This document shows positions 9,905-19,367 of a DNA stretch of 64,000 nucleotides, piece by piece. The position numbers were made by a program, and so were the translations under genes. The notes under the pieces were generated by a model. That model was given only the letters and a program-made list of their open reading frames with translations. It had not been told where the DNA came from and did no database searches. The stretch lies in assembly GCA_023428915.1 (NCBI GenBank), contig JAEYWL010000111.1, forward strand, positions 2,769-66,768, read 5' to 3'. How positions within the stretch are numbered: the first letter of the stretch is position 1; each line of letters starts with the position of its first letter. The DNA is from Verrucomicrobiota bacterium. GTDB lineage: Bacteria; Chlamydiota; Chlamydiia; Chlamydiales; JAEYWL01.

Positions 9905-10914
9905 CTCCTTAATGTTAGTTGCAATGTTTCAGGAATTGAAAACCAGCGAAAGGCAAAAGAGGCGCCAAGGCCGCGGTTGATATAGACAGACTTTTTGTCA
10001 TAATTGTAGAGGCCGCTTACGAATTGCTTTTGTTCCGAGGCTAAAAAAGCATCGCGAATAATAGGTAAATTCACTTGGGCCCCATGCGTATGTCCACACA
10101 ATACCACTTCTCCAGGATAATTATGGAGAAGGGGGAGGGCATCGGGATTATGCAGTAAGATGACTCCGGGATAGGCTTTATTGTAGTTGGCAAAAGCGGC
10201 AGCCGGATCTGTCTTGTTTAACATGTATTCACCCAGCCCGCAGATATTTAAGAAGGTGTCTTTAATGGGAATAGTGACAGTTTCGTTGTGCAGCAAACGG
10301 AATGGGGACTCGCTTAGCAGCTCCACCAGTTCTTTGTGAAGAGGAATCTTGGCAATCTCTGGTGAAAATGTGCCTGTAGGGTTGTTGTTTTTAAATAACC
10401 GTTTTAAGCCCTTTACCAAAGCAGGCTGAGGGTTTCTGCTGGGTACATACTCGCCCGCAGCGTTTATGCCTACCATAGAAGCGTAGTCATGGTTGCCAAG
10501 CACTGCAAAACAGCCATATGGTGCTGAAAATTCCTTAAGAAAAGCCAGCAGCCGCTCTTTTTCCCAAATAGTAGACTCAGAGATAAAATCGCCGCAAAAT
10601 AAAATGAGGTCCGGAGCAAACAGGCGGGCTTGCCTGATTGCTTTAGCGAGTTGCTTTGGGTGGCTGTTTTTGCCAAAATGCAAATCGCTTATTTGAAAAA
10701 TTTTTATTCCATCCAGGCTTTCGGGCAATTCAGGAATCTTGAGAGTCAATGAGGTGTGATGCAATAGGCGGGGTTCGATATAACGCGGCCAAATCCCCAC
10801 TACGCTTACAAGACACCAAAGATCCCAAAGTGTGTGGATGATTTTATGTTGCATAGAGGTAGCTGCTTGGAGTGTAAAAGAGGAAAGCATAGCATAGTTA
10901 TGAGATAATTGCAA
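9901..10914 (-). CDS. calcineurin-like metallophosphoesterase (membrane-anchored, YkuE-like); start uncertain
   Basis: Motifs ISDLHFG, FCGDFI, LGNHD and CGHTHG are present, with a hydrophobic N-terminal segment. The ORF-track start is TTG, and internal ATGs are alternative starts. Confidence 0.8.
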   Translation of the reverse strand: MQLSHNYAMLSSFTLQAATSMQHKIIHTLWDLWCLVSVVGIWPRYIEPRLLHHTSLTLKIPELPESLDGIKIFQISDLHFGKNSHPKQLAKAIRQARLFAPDLILFCGDFISESTIWEKERLLAFLKEFSAPYGCFAVLGNHDYASMVGINAAGEYVPSRNPQPALVKGLKRLFKNNNPTGTFSPEIAKIPLHKELVELLSESPFRLLHNETVTIPIKDTFLNICGLGEYMLNKTDPAAAFANYNKAYPGVILLHNPDALPLLHNYPGEVVLCGHTHGAQVNLPIIRDAFLASEQKQFVSGLYNYDKKSVYINRGLGASFAFRWFSIPETLQLTLRR

Positions 10915-10940
10915 AAGTGTGAATCATGCGCTTTAATGAA

Positions 10941-11010
10941 TTAAGCGCCAATTATTTGTCGTTAAGGTCCTTGGCGTCGTTAAGGTCCATTTGTCCATTT
11001 AAGCGCCAAA
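10941..11010. repeat. intergenic repeat, family B copy (opposite orientation)
   Basis: ttaagcgcca...gtcgttaaggtccttggcgtcgttaaggtccatttgtccatttaagcgcca. It holds a tandem gtcgttaaggtcc unit bounded by a direct ttaagcgcca repeat. It is the reverse complement of the core at 4148-4170. Confidence 0.7.
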
Positions 11011-11072
11011 AATGAATTGGGGAAAAAGAAGAAAAGAGCGACGCAAGAAAACCCTTACGTCGCTAGCGGTGA

Positions 11073-11360
11073 CTATTTGTGGCTTGCGAGCTTGGGTTCT
11101 TCCAAGTGTTTAGAAATTTTGCTTGTCATTTTGAACATATCGATTGGCTGAGGGGATCCAAATACCTTAGCTAATTTTGGGTCCGGATTAATATTGCGTT
11201 TATTATTTGGATCTTGAAGTTTGTGTTTTTTAATGTAGTCCCATAATTTTTTCATCACTTCTGTACGAGGAATGGCTTCTCTGCCAATAACTTCTGCAAG
11301 TGCTTCACTTGGCTGCACTGGCTTCATAAAAGCGGAATTTTTTTGATTTTTCGTCGACAT
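11073..11360 (-). CDS. SWIB/MDM2 domain protein
   Basis: 95 aa with LAEVIGREAIPRTEVMKKLWDYIKKHKLQDPNNKRNINPDPKLAKVFG, a typical SWIB domain. This eukaryote-like domain is characteristic of Chlamydiae. Confidence 0.85.
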   Translation of the reverse strand: MSTKNQKNSAFMKPVQPSEALAEVIGREAIPRTEVMKKLWDYIKKHKLQDPNNKRNINPDPKLAKVFGSPQPIDMFKMTSKISKHLEEPKLASHK

Positions 11361-11639
11361 GATGTCTCCTTATGTAATGTACGTTAAACAAAATATTTTA
11401 AACGTCGAGAGAGGTCTCTCACGTTTGTTTACTTAATAGGGTCTTTTATCGGTGAAACGATTTTCAAGTCAAAACAATTTCACGCGAATAGGGTAAGTTT
11501 TTAATGTAAGCTTTTGTGGTTTAGATTGTTAAATTAAAATATTTTTTATACATCCCAGTAATGCTCGTTATCTCCCTACTTGCAAATTAGCAATAGATTT
11601 GGCAACTTGAATACAAGAGTTAATAAGCCAAGAGAGTGT

Positions 11640-13877
11640 ATGCCAGCTAATGTAAAAAATGAAAGAGTTAAAACAATGGAGACTTTTGAAGTTGCAGCCC
11701 TGCTTGAGCAGGCAGGCAAGCTTGCAGGGCTGATCGCTCATTTACAGGCTGTAGATAATCTGGAAAAGCGTTTACAGCTATTATTAGACTGGCCTGAAAC
11801 GGCAGCATTTTTAAATGAAAATACCCTTTTTAGATCTGTATTGCCCCGTTTTTCCTTAGGGCAGCAAGCGGCATTGCTGGCAGTCGCTGCAATTGGAGAA
11901 GGGAAAATTGTATTTAATAAACTCAATCATTCAGAAGAAGCTTTGGCGAAGCTGCGCAGCATTGCTGAGCAACTGCAGGAGATAGAAGCATTTTACCATG
12001 CTATCGGCGGAGTTATTGGCTACCATAAGGAAATGCTATTGCTTATAGCTGCCCAACTAAAAGGGGAATCATCGACCAGCGGCTGCCGCTTTATTAAACC
12101 TCATGGCTTTCATCTTTTTCAAGAAAATGATGAGGTTAGGGAAAGCCTGCTAAGAGGGATTAAGGAGCTAGGGGAACTTTGTGAAATCTATCCTGTAGGA
12201 GGGGCTGGAGACCGCCTTAATTTAAAAGAAGGGCAAGAGGCCTTGCCGGCAGCTTGCCTGCAGTTTACAGGAAGGACCTTGCTGGAGCTGCTATTACGCG
12301 ATTTACAGGGAAGGGAGTATCTGCACTATAAACTCTTTGGAAAGCAAGTTGCCACGCCCATAGCGATGATGACCTCTCATGAAAAAAATAATCACCGGCA
12401 TATTCAAACGATTTGCGAGCAAAAACAATGGTTCGGCAGAGGCAGAGAAGCTTTTTTTTTCTTTATACAACCTTTAGCTCCTGTCATTACTAAAGAGGGG
12501 CATTGGTCTTTAAAAGAACCCCTTAAGTTGACTTTAAAACCGACAGGACATGGTGTTCTTTGGAAACTGGCAGCAGACTCAGGCGCGTTTGACTGGCTGG
12601 AAAAACAGGGAAGAAAAAAAGCTGTAGTACGCCAAATCAATAATCCCTTGGCAGGTACAGATACAACTTTACTGGCCTTTGCAGGTTATGGGCAGCGGTA
12701 TGATAAAGCTTTTGGTTTTGCATCCTGTCCCCGTTTTTTAAATGCCAGCGAAGGAATGGATGTTTTGTGCGAAAAAATGCTGTCTGAGAGCCTTTATGAA
12801 TACAGCCTTACAAATGTTGAGTACACTGAGTTTGTTAAATATGGGATCAAAGATGAACCAGAAGAGCCAGGTTCCCAATATTCAGCCTTTCCCTGCAACA
12901 CAAATATTTTATTTGCTGACCTGCAAGCTATGCGCAAGGCAGTGCAGCAATGCGTCATTCCAGGCATGCTCTGCAATTTAAAATCCAAAGCCAATTTTAT
13001 TGATGAAGAAGGAAAAGCTCGCGAGGTGCCGGCCGGCAGGCTTGAATCCACGATGCAAAACATTGCCGATTACATTGTCGATAGCCGGGATCACCGCATA
13101 CAGGAGCAGGAGCAGGAAGCTTTGAGCAGCTATCTCACTTTTAATGAAAGGCGCAAAACTATTTCAGTAACCAAGAAGAGTTATGTCCCAGGAGAAGATC
13201 CGACAGATACACCTGAATGGTGTTTTTGGGATCTTCTAGCCAACCAGCAAGAACTTTTGTCCCGCTATTGCGGGATGCAAATCCCTGAAAATAGAAAATT
13301 TGAAGAATATCTTGCCAAAGGCCCTGCATTTATTTTCCTCTACCACCCAGCTTTAGGCCCCCTGTACTCTATTATAGGTCAAAAAATCAAAAGAGGCAAA
13401 ATCGAGCAGGGTTCTGAGTGGCAATTGGAGATAGCGGAATTCGCCTGCGAGAATTTGCATTTGGAAGGCAGCTTATTAATTACTGCTTCAGAGGTAATGG
13501 GAGAAAAAGGGATAAACCAAAAGCTGCATTACAGCAACTCTGCAGGCAAATGCGAACTTTACAATGTACACGTACAAAATGAGGGCATAGACTGCGAGGC
13601 AAAAAATATTTATTGGAAAAACCAGATTGTCCGTAAAGAATGTTTGCGAATTGAAATCCAAGGCAATGGGGAATTCTATGCTAAAGACGTTAGCTTCCGG
13701 GGTAATATTGCCATAACAGTACCTGCAGGGCAAAGGATGGCGGCTTCCATGAAAGATGGCAGAGTGGTGTATACAATGAGCGCAATAGACAAGCCTACCT
13801 GGCATTGGCAATATGAGCTGAAGGAAAATAATAAAATAGAGATCAGGCCTTGCCAACAGCCAGCTGACAAGCTATAA
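11640..13877 (+). CDS. UDP-sugar pyrophosphorylase (UDPGP) family protein with a long C-terminal extension
   Basis: IYPVGGAGDRLNL (nucleotide-binding loop), MMTSHEKN, KPTGHGVLW and RQINNPLAG are present. The ORF track begins at TTG 11580. The first ATG is at 11640, and another (METFEV) is at 11676. Confidence 0.7.
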   Translation: MPANVKNERVKTMETFEVAALLEQAGKLAGLIAHLQAVDNLEKRLQLLLDWPETAAFLNENTLFRSVLPRFSLGQQAALLAVAAIGEGKIVFNKLNHSEEALAKLRSIAEQLQEIEAFYHAIGGVIGYHKEMLLLIAAQLKGESSTSGCRFIKPHGFHLFQENDEVRESLLRGIKELGELCEIYPVGGAGDRLNLKEGQEALPAACLQFTGRTLLELLLRDLQGREYLHYKLFGKQVATPIAMMTSHEKNNHRHIQTICEQKQWFGRGREAFFFFIQPLAPVITKEGHWSLKEPLKLTLKPTGHGVLWKLAADSGAFDWLEKQGRKKAVVRQINNPLAGTDTTLLAFAGYGQRYDKAFGFASCPRFLNASEGMDVLCEKMLSESLYEYSLTNVEYTEFVKYGIKDEPEEPGSQYSAFPCNTNILFADLQAMRKAVQQCVIPGMLCNLKSKANFIDEEGKAREVPAGRLESTMQNIADYIVDSRDHRIQEQEQEALSSYLTFNERRKTISVTKKSYVPGEDPTDTPEWCFWDLLANQQELLSRYCGMQIPENRKFEEYLAKGPAFIFLYHPALGPLYSIIGQKIKRGKIEQGSEWQLEIAEFACENLHLEGSLLITASEVMGEKGINQKLHYSNSAGKCELYNVHVQNEGIDCEAKNIYWKNQIVRKECLRIEIQGNGEFYAKDVSFRGNIAITVPAGQRMAASMKDGRVVYTMSAIDKPTWHWQYELKENNKIEIRPCQQPADKL

Positions 13878-13903
13878 TCAAATATTCACCGAAAAGGAAG
13901 ATT

Positions 13904-15002
13904 ATGACTCAAGAATTGTCCATGCGTTTAAAAGAAATCGATAACCGCATCCTTCACATGTGGAGGTATCTTTGACTTGGCTTCGAAAGAAGCCAGGGTA
14001 AAAGAACTCGAATCCCAAATGGAAGCAGACAGCTTTTGGGATGACAATCAAGCTGCGCAGAAAATTATCGACGAGTGCAACAAATTAAAAGCCTGGACAG
14101 TTCCCTGCCACGAATTGTACAAACGATTTTATGACGTTAAAGAGCTCTTTCCGGATGCCTTGGAAAGCGGCGACGAGGCTCTCATCAATGAGCTTGTCCA
14201 AGAACTTGACAGGGTGGAAAGCGATCTCGGTGAACTTGAAGTGCGCCGCATGCTTTCCGGGGAGCTGGATAGTAAAAATTGTTATTTAAGCATCAACTCC
14301 GGAGCCGGCGGGACCGAGGCTTGCGATTGGGCTGATATGCTCTTTCGCATGTACCAACGTTGGGCTGTCAAGCGGGGCTGGAAAATAGAAATCGTAGATT
14401 TATTGGAAGGAGATGTGGCAGGCATCAAAAATGCCACCATAAAAATTATAGGCTCTTTTGCTTACGGCTATGCCAAGGCTGAGAAGGGGGTGCACCGGCT
14501 GGTCAGAATTTCTCCTTTTGACAGTAATGCTAAAAGGCATACTAGCTTTGCGTCAGTCGATGTGAGCCCCGAAATCGAAGATGATATCCAGATCGAAATC
14601 CGTCCTGAAGACGTACGCATCGATACCTATCGCTCTTCCGGAGCCGGCGGGCAGCACGTTAACAAAACGGACTCGGCGGTACGCCTAACCCACTTGCCAA
14701 CCGGTATTGTAGTCTCCTGTCAAAATCAACGCAGCCAGCTGCAAAACAAAGAATCTTGCTTTAAAATGCTGCGTTCAAAATTATACGAAATCGAAGTGAC
14801 AGAAAGGGAAAATGCTTTAAGGGCTATAGGCGGAGAGAAGAAAGAGATTGCTTGGGGCAGCCAAATCCGCAATTATGTGTTTCAACCCTACACCTTAGTC
14901 AAGGATACACGCACCAAAGCTGAATCAGGTAATATACAAGCCGTTATGGATGGCGATATCGATATTTTCATTAATGCTTATCTTAAGGAGTATGGAGGAT
15001 GA
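13904..15002 (+). CDS. prfB: peptide chain release factor 2, made by a programmed +1 frameshift at 13973
   Basis: Frame 0 from ATG 13904 reads MTQELSMRLKEIDNRILHMWRYL, then TGA at 13973-13975. The +1 frame continues DLASKEARVKELE... and carries the SPF and GGQ motifs (RISPFDS, SSGAGGQHVNKT). The classic shift site is gg-agg-tat-ctt-tga-c. Confidence 0.92.
13964..13976 (+). other. RF2 autoregulatory +1 recoding site (SD-like AGG, then TAT CTT TGA C)
   Basis: The sequence aggtatctttgac matches the conserved bacterial prfB shift cassette. CUU is the slippery codon and it is followed by an in-frame UGA-C. Confidence 0.9.
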
Positions 15003-15514
15003 GCGAACTGCCGCAGCCGGATGAAATTCCCGGTTTAGAAGTGCGATTCACTGAAGAAAGCGATGATAAGTATCTGCAGCAGTGGCTAATGGATCCCTCG
15101 CTCGGCAAAGCTTTTCCCATGTACGATGTGGCAGAAGTCACCGATGCCGTTTCCCGTTGGATTAGTTTCGCCCGTTTCAAATGCAGCTTGACAGTGACAA
15201 TGTATGGCGTACCCTGCGGTTTAGCTACGCTTTATTTACAGCCCTATCGCAAATTGGCGCACCAGACTGAATTTGGCATTATCATTAGCAATGAATTTCG
15301 CGGCAAAGGTGTCGGCGGTTTTTTAATGACATCCTTGATGCGTTTAGCAAAAGAGCAGTTCCGCATCGAGTTGATTCATTTGCAGGTGCATGCCGAAAAT
15401 CCCGCCATTAAGTTTTACCAAAGGTATGGTTTTCGAGAATTTGGGCGGCAGAACTGCTGGATGAAAGAAGATGGCTCTTTTATCGGCCGCGTCTTCATGG
15501 AGCGCTTCCTCTAA
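14999..15514 (+). CDS. GNAT family N-acetyltransferase
   Basis: 171 aa with an acetyl-CoA motif FRGKGVGGFLMTSLMRLAK and AIKFYQRYGF. The ATGA overlap with the prfB stop suggests translational coupling. Confidence 0.75.
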   Translation: MSELPQPDEIPGLEVRFTEESDDKYLQQWLMDPSLGKAFPMYDVAEVTDAVSRWISFARFKCSLTVTMYGVPCGLATLYLQPYRKLAHQTEFGIIISNEFRGKGVGGFLMTSLMRLAKEQFRIELIHLQVHAENPAIKFYQRYGFREFGRQNCWMKEDGSFIGRVFMERFL

Positions 15515-15554
15515 AGAAAGATTCCGTACAAAGGTAGCAAGTCGGTTTTAATTT
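15510..15554. repeat. degenerate half-copy of repeat family A
   Basis: aaggtagcaagtcggttttaatt matches the right terminus of the family A elements (ggtagcaag[tc]cgggttttaatt). It sits directly at the GNAT stop codon. Confidence 0.45.
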
Positions 15555-15628
15555 AAGCTTTATTTATTTCTTTCTTCCGGTTATCATCTCTCCATAAATT
15601 TTCATTTTTATTACCTATTTCATTGTGT

Positions 15629-16294
15629 ATGGCGCAAGATCCTTTACAACAGTTATATGAAATTGCTGCTGATGTTAATCTAAAGATTAAGATTAATGAC
15701 AACTGCTCGACGATGTTGAGCGTGCGTTGGGAACCTGATCATACGCGGGTCTCACTGCATAGAATGTTTTTGCAGGCGCCTAAAAACGTAATGGAAGAGC
15801 TTGCCTGTTATATCAAGCAAAAGGGCAAGGTAGGTCCTGAGGTTAAAGCTTTTATAGAGTCTAACCTTTCTGAGCTAGACTACTCAAGCCAACTTAACCC
15901 TAAGAAACTGCAAGTAGCTGGAACCGTGTATAACTTGCGTGAGATTTATGACAATCTCAATAGCGAGTACTTTAATGAAGAGGTCGACCTATTTATTACC
16001 TGGTTTGGCAAGCCTGGGTTTAAACCTAAAACCAAGCTGACTTTTGGTTTGTATCAAGATCCGCTAAAGTTGATTAAAATCAATCGATTATTGGATAGTA
16101 TACTTATTCCTGATTATTTCATATCATTTGTGGTCTATCATGAAATGCTTCATAAAGTGTGCCGCAGTTTTGTAGATGAACGTGGAATAAACCACTCTCA
16201 TACACCTGAATTTAGAGAGCGGGAACGGGAGTTTAAGCATTACGATTTAAGCCAAGAGTGGATTGAAAATAATAAAATGAGACTATTTGCATAA
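15629..16294 (+). CDS. SprT-like / DUF45-type zinc metallopeptidase-fold protein
   Basis: The HExxH motif sits in FVVYHEMLHKVC, followed by HTPEFRERE. ATG 15629 is preferred over the ORF-track TTG at 15623. Confidence 0.55.
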   Translation: MAQDPLQQLYEIAADVNLKIKINDNCSTMLSVRWEPDHTRVSLHRMFLQAPKNVMEELACYIKQKGKVGPEVKAFIESNLSELDYSSQLNPKKLQVAGTVYNLREIYDNLNSEYFNEEVDLFITWFGKPGFKPKTKLTFGLYQDPLKLIKINRLLDSILIPDYFISFVVYHEMLHKVCRSFVDERGINHSHTPEFREREREFKHYDLSQEWIENNKMRLFA

Positions 16295-16360
16295 GACAGT
16301 GTTCGCAAAACTTAAAATGGTAATTGAAAGTTTGTGAACCCTTTCTAAAAGGGGAGTGTT

Positions 16361-17089
16361 ATGGCAGGCCATAGTAAATGGGCAAATATCAAGCATCGCA
16401 AAGGCAAAGCAGATGCTAAGAAAGGTAAAATTTTTTCCCGCATTGCTAAAGAGATAATTAGCGCCGTTAAAGTCGGTGGAGCTGATGCAAAAAGCAATCC
16501 CCGCCTGCGCCTCGTACTGCAAAAAGCCAAAGCCGCCAATGTTCCCAATGACGTGGTGGATCGCAATATCAAAAAAGGTTTGAGCGACGACCAGTCTGAT
16601 TATATTGAAATGACCTATGAGCTATATGGGCATGGCGGTGTCGGACTGCTGGTCGACATTATGACTGATAACCGCAATCGCATAAGTTCGGAGATGAATA
16701 TTGCCACTAATAAGCGCGGCGGCCGTGTAGCTACTCCGGGGGCTGTGTCTTTTAATTTTGATAAAAAAGGGATTATTCAGATAGCCGGAAGCAAAGGCAG
16801 TGAAGAAGATGTTTTTCTGGCAGCTACAGATGCCGGGGCTGAGGAGTTCGAAGCTACAGACGAGATGTATATCATTACAACAGACCCTGCTGAAATGCTT
16901 GCCATTAAAGATAAATTAACTGAAGCAGGCTTTGAGGCTGACGAAGCCGAACTGGATATGCTTCCAAAAGTTTATGTCGACTGCGATTCAGAAACAGCCA
17001 AAGCTAATTTAGCTTTGGTAGAGTGGCTGGAAGCTTTAGACGATGTAGATGCAGTGTATCATAATATGAAAATGCCCGATGAGGGATAA
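16361..17089 (+). CDS. yebC: YebC/PmpR family DNA-binding transcriptional regulator
   Basis: MAGHSKWANIKHRKGKADAKKGKIFSRIAKEI is the family-defining N-terminus. Length is 242 aa. Confidence 0.9.
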   Translation: MAGHSKWANIKHRKGKADAKKGKIFSRIAKEIISAVKVGGADAKSNPRLRLVLQKAKAANVPNDVVDRNIKKGLSDDQSDYIEMTYELYGHGGVGLLVDIMTDNRNRISSEMNIATNKRGGRVATPGAVSFNFDKKGIIQIAGSKGSEEDVFLAATDAGAEEFEATDEMYIITTDPAEMLAIKDKLTEAGFEADEAELDMLPKVYVDCDSETAKANLALVEWLEALDDVDAVYHNMKMPDEG

Positions 17090-18458
17090 TTCTTATAATT
17101 GCCTGGCTGTAGCTCATCCTGCGATCAGTCGGGAGTTTTTTCTCCTGATTGCAGGTCTTTATGCCGACCAGCCCGGCACCATTATCTTATATTCCGGAAA
17201 TACCTCAGATGCTGCCGCTTCTTCTTATTTAGGTATTGGGCTCTTAGAGGCCTATACGCTTCAGAGAGAAAAAATTACCCATCAAACACCTTTAGGTAAG
17301 CATGTACTTGAAAGAGAGGGTAATCCCTGGCAGTTTTTGGACTCTCATTTATCTTTAGATGGCAGTAATACTCCAGGCTGGTTTGGCTATTTCTCTTACG
17401 AAATGGGAGGCTGCAGCGATCGGGATAAAGAACTCAAGCTGCCTATCCCGGCGCACCCTTTATGCTATTTTCAACGTTGCAGGGTGGTTTTAGAGGTCAA
17501 TCATTTGACCAATCAGGGAATTATCTATTATCAAATGGAGGAAGCAGAGGCCGTGGAAGCTCTGTTGCAAGCTCTTAATTCTAAGATGGCAGCTGCCCGG
17601 GCTAAACCCCAGCCTAATATTTGCTTTGAATCTTGCAGCGACACACCTGAAGGGTTTATAGCCAAAATCAAGCAGGCTAAAGAGCATATTGCAAATGGGG
17701 AAATTTACCAGGTTAATCTCTCACAGGAATTTCTCTTTAAAGGCAAAGTAGATGCCTTCTCATTATTTTTAGAAATTGTGCAAGAAAATCCAGCCCCTTT
17801 TTCCGCCTTTTTAAATACTGCTCATGGCTGCATCATCTCTTCTTCCCCTGAGCGCTTTATAAGCGCCAAGGCAGGCCGTCTGCAAACGCGGCCGATTAAA
17901 GGCACTGCTCCACGTGCAGCTGACGCGGTTATGGATCATGCCCATAAACAAACCTTGCTGCAATCTTCCAAAGAGCGGGCAGAACTGGCCATGATCACTG
18001 ATTTAATGCGCAATGATCTTGGAAGGGTCTCGAAAGCGGGTACAGTCCGCGTGATTGAAGCCGCCCGCTGTGAAGCCTATACCAATGTATTTCATTTGCT
18101 TTCAATAGTTGAAGGGGAAGCCAGGGAAGAACTATCTCCTCTGCAGATAATAAGGGAATGCTTTCCAGGCGGTTCTATTACCGGCTGCCCCAAGCTGCGG
18201 GCCATGGAGATCATAGCTGCTTTAGAGCAGCGGCCGCGCTATATCTATACCGGAGCCATAGGCCATATTCGCAATTCCGGCGATTTCGATTTCAATATTG
18301 CCATCCGCACCTTGTTTACAGCAGGAGAATATTTACGTGTCTCTTTAGGCAGCGGCATTGTATACGATTCCGATCCTGAAAAGGAATATGAAGAGACCTT
18401 GCACAAGGGGCAAACCATTTTTCGCAAACTAGGCAGTTATGCGCATTGTATACCTTAA
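17079..18458 (+). CDS. pabB: aminodeoxychorismate synthase component I (chorismate-binding enzyme)
   Basis: GEIYQVNLSQEF, SSSPERF, RPIKGTAPR, MITDLMRNDLGRV and FPGGSITGCPKLRAMEII are present. The PabB call (rather than TrpE) rests on the overlapping downstream class IV aminotransferase-fold gene. Confidence 0.8.
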   Translation: MRDNSYNCLAVAHPAISREFFLLIAGLYADQPGTIILYSGNTSDAAASSYLGIGLLEAYTLQREKITHQTPLGKHVLEREGNPWQFLDSHLSLDGSNTPGWFGYFSYEMGGCSDRDKELKLPIPAHPLCYFQRCRVVLEVNHLTNQGIIYYQMEEAEAVEALLQALNSKMAAARAKPQPNICFESCSDTPEGFIAKIKQAKEHIANGEIYQVNLSQEFLFKGKVDAFSLFLEIVQENPAPFSAFLNTAHGCIISSSPERFISAKAGRLQTRPIKGTAPRAADAVMDHAHKQTLLQSSKERAELAMITDLMRNDLGRVSKAGTVRVIEAARCEAYTNVFHLLSIVEGEAREELSPLQIIRECFPGGSITGCPKLRAMEIIAALEQRPRYIYTGAIGHIRNSGDFDFNIAIRTLFTAGEYLRVSLGSGIVYDSDPEKEYEETLHKGQTIFRKLGSYAHCIP

Positions 18459-19272
18459 TGGCCAGTATGTGGAAGAGCAGAATGCGGCTATTCCCATCAG
18501 CGATCGCGGATTTCTTTATGGTGATGGGGTTTTCACTACAGTTCTAGTGGAAAATGGCAATATCTGCCATTTAGACCTGCATTTAGAAAGGCTGTGCCAA
18601 AGCTGCAGGAAATTGCAAATTCGCCCCCCAAAGTTGACGGAAAATACTTTTCGGCAGCTGCTTGTTTTAAACAACGCCCATGCGGGTTCTTGGCGCCTTA
18701 AAATTGTGCTTTCTGGAGGGGCTGAAGCAAGCCTTGGTTTGCCAATGAGGGATTGCGGCACCGTGCTGGCGACAATAGCTCCTTTTCTGCGCAATAACAG
18801 GCCGTTAGCTGTTGCTGTTTATCCTGATCCCCTTCAAGGCATATTTGCTATGCATAAAACACTTTCTTATCTCGAGCGTTTGCAGATTAAGGAGTGGGCC
18901 GTGCAAAGCCGTGTTGACGATGCTATAACCAGGGATTCCAATCAATATCTTCTAGAACTTGCCTTTGCCAATCTTATTTGGCAGGTAAACGGCACATGGC
19001 ATACTCCGGAAACAAGCCTGCCCATACTAAAGGGAGTGGCCTTGCAAGTACTGCTTGACCATTGGGAAAAAAGTAAAACTGCTTTTAAACAAGTCTCAGC
19101 TAAGCTTGAAGATATTCCAATTCATGCCAATCTGTATGCAGTAAATGCCTTGCAGGGGGCAGTACCCATTATGAGCATTGATAACATGCATTTTCCTGTC
19201 AATCTGCAATTGGCCGAGGCTGTTAATAGTTTGGTAGGATTTTCTGCAGATAAACTACGAGAAAGGCTTTAA
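18439..19272 (+). CDS. pabC: aminodeoxychorismate lyase / class IV aminotransferase-fold protein
   Basis: 277 aa with RGFLYGDGVFTT near the N-terminus. A 20-nt overlap with pabB suggests coupling. Confidence 0.7.
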   Translation: MRIVYLNGQYVEEQNAAIPISDRGFLYGDGVFTTVLVENGNICHLDLHLERLCQSCRKLQIRPPKLTENTFRQLLVLNNAHAGSWRLKIVLSGGAEASLGLPMRDCGTVLATIAPFLRNNRPLAVAVYPDPLQGIFAMHKTLSYLERLQIKEWAVQSRVDDAITRDSNQYLLELAFANLIWQVNGTWHTPETSLPILKGVALQVLLDHWEKSKTAFKQVSAKLEDIPIHANLYAVNALQGAVPIMSIDNMHFPVNLQLAEAVNSLVGFSADKLRERL

Positions 19273-19276
19273 AGCT

Positions 19277-19363
19277 TTAAACCCGACTTGCTACCTTCTA
19301 ACCCATGATTGGCCACGGATTAGGGTGCAATCATGGGTTAGAAGGCAGCAAGTCGGGTTTTAA
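19277..19363. repeat. palindromic MITE-like repeat, family A (TTAAACCCGACTTGCTACC termini)
   Basis: ttaaacccgacttgctaccttctaacccatgatt...aatcatgggttagaaggcagcaagtcgggttttaa is a near-perfect hairpin with arms of about 35 bp. It fills the gap between the convergent stops at 19272 and 19368. Confidence 0.85.
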
Positions 19364-19367
19364 TTAA

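Noticed and set aside
9441-9980. 179-aa plus-strand ORF, the largest unassigned ORF in the track
   Set aside because: It lies entirely antisense to ispD and the metallophosphoesterase gene. Its composition (Ser/Ala/Cys/Arg-rich) is typical of a shadow frame. There is no start context or motif.
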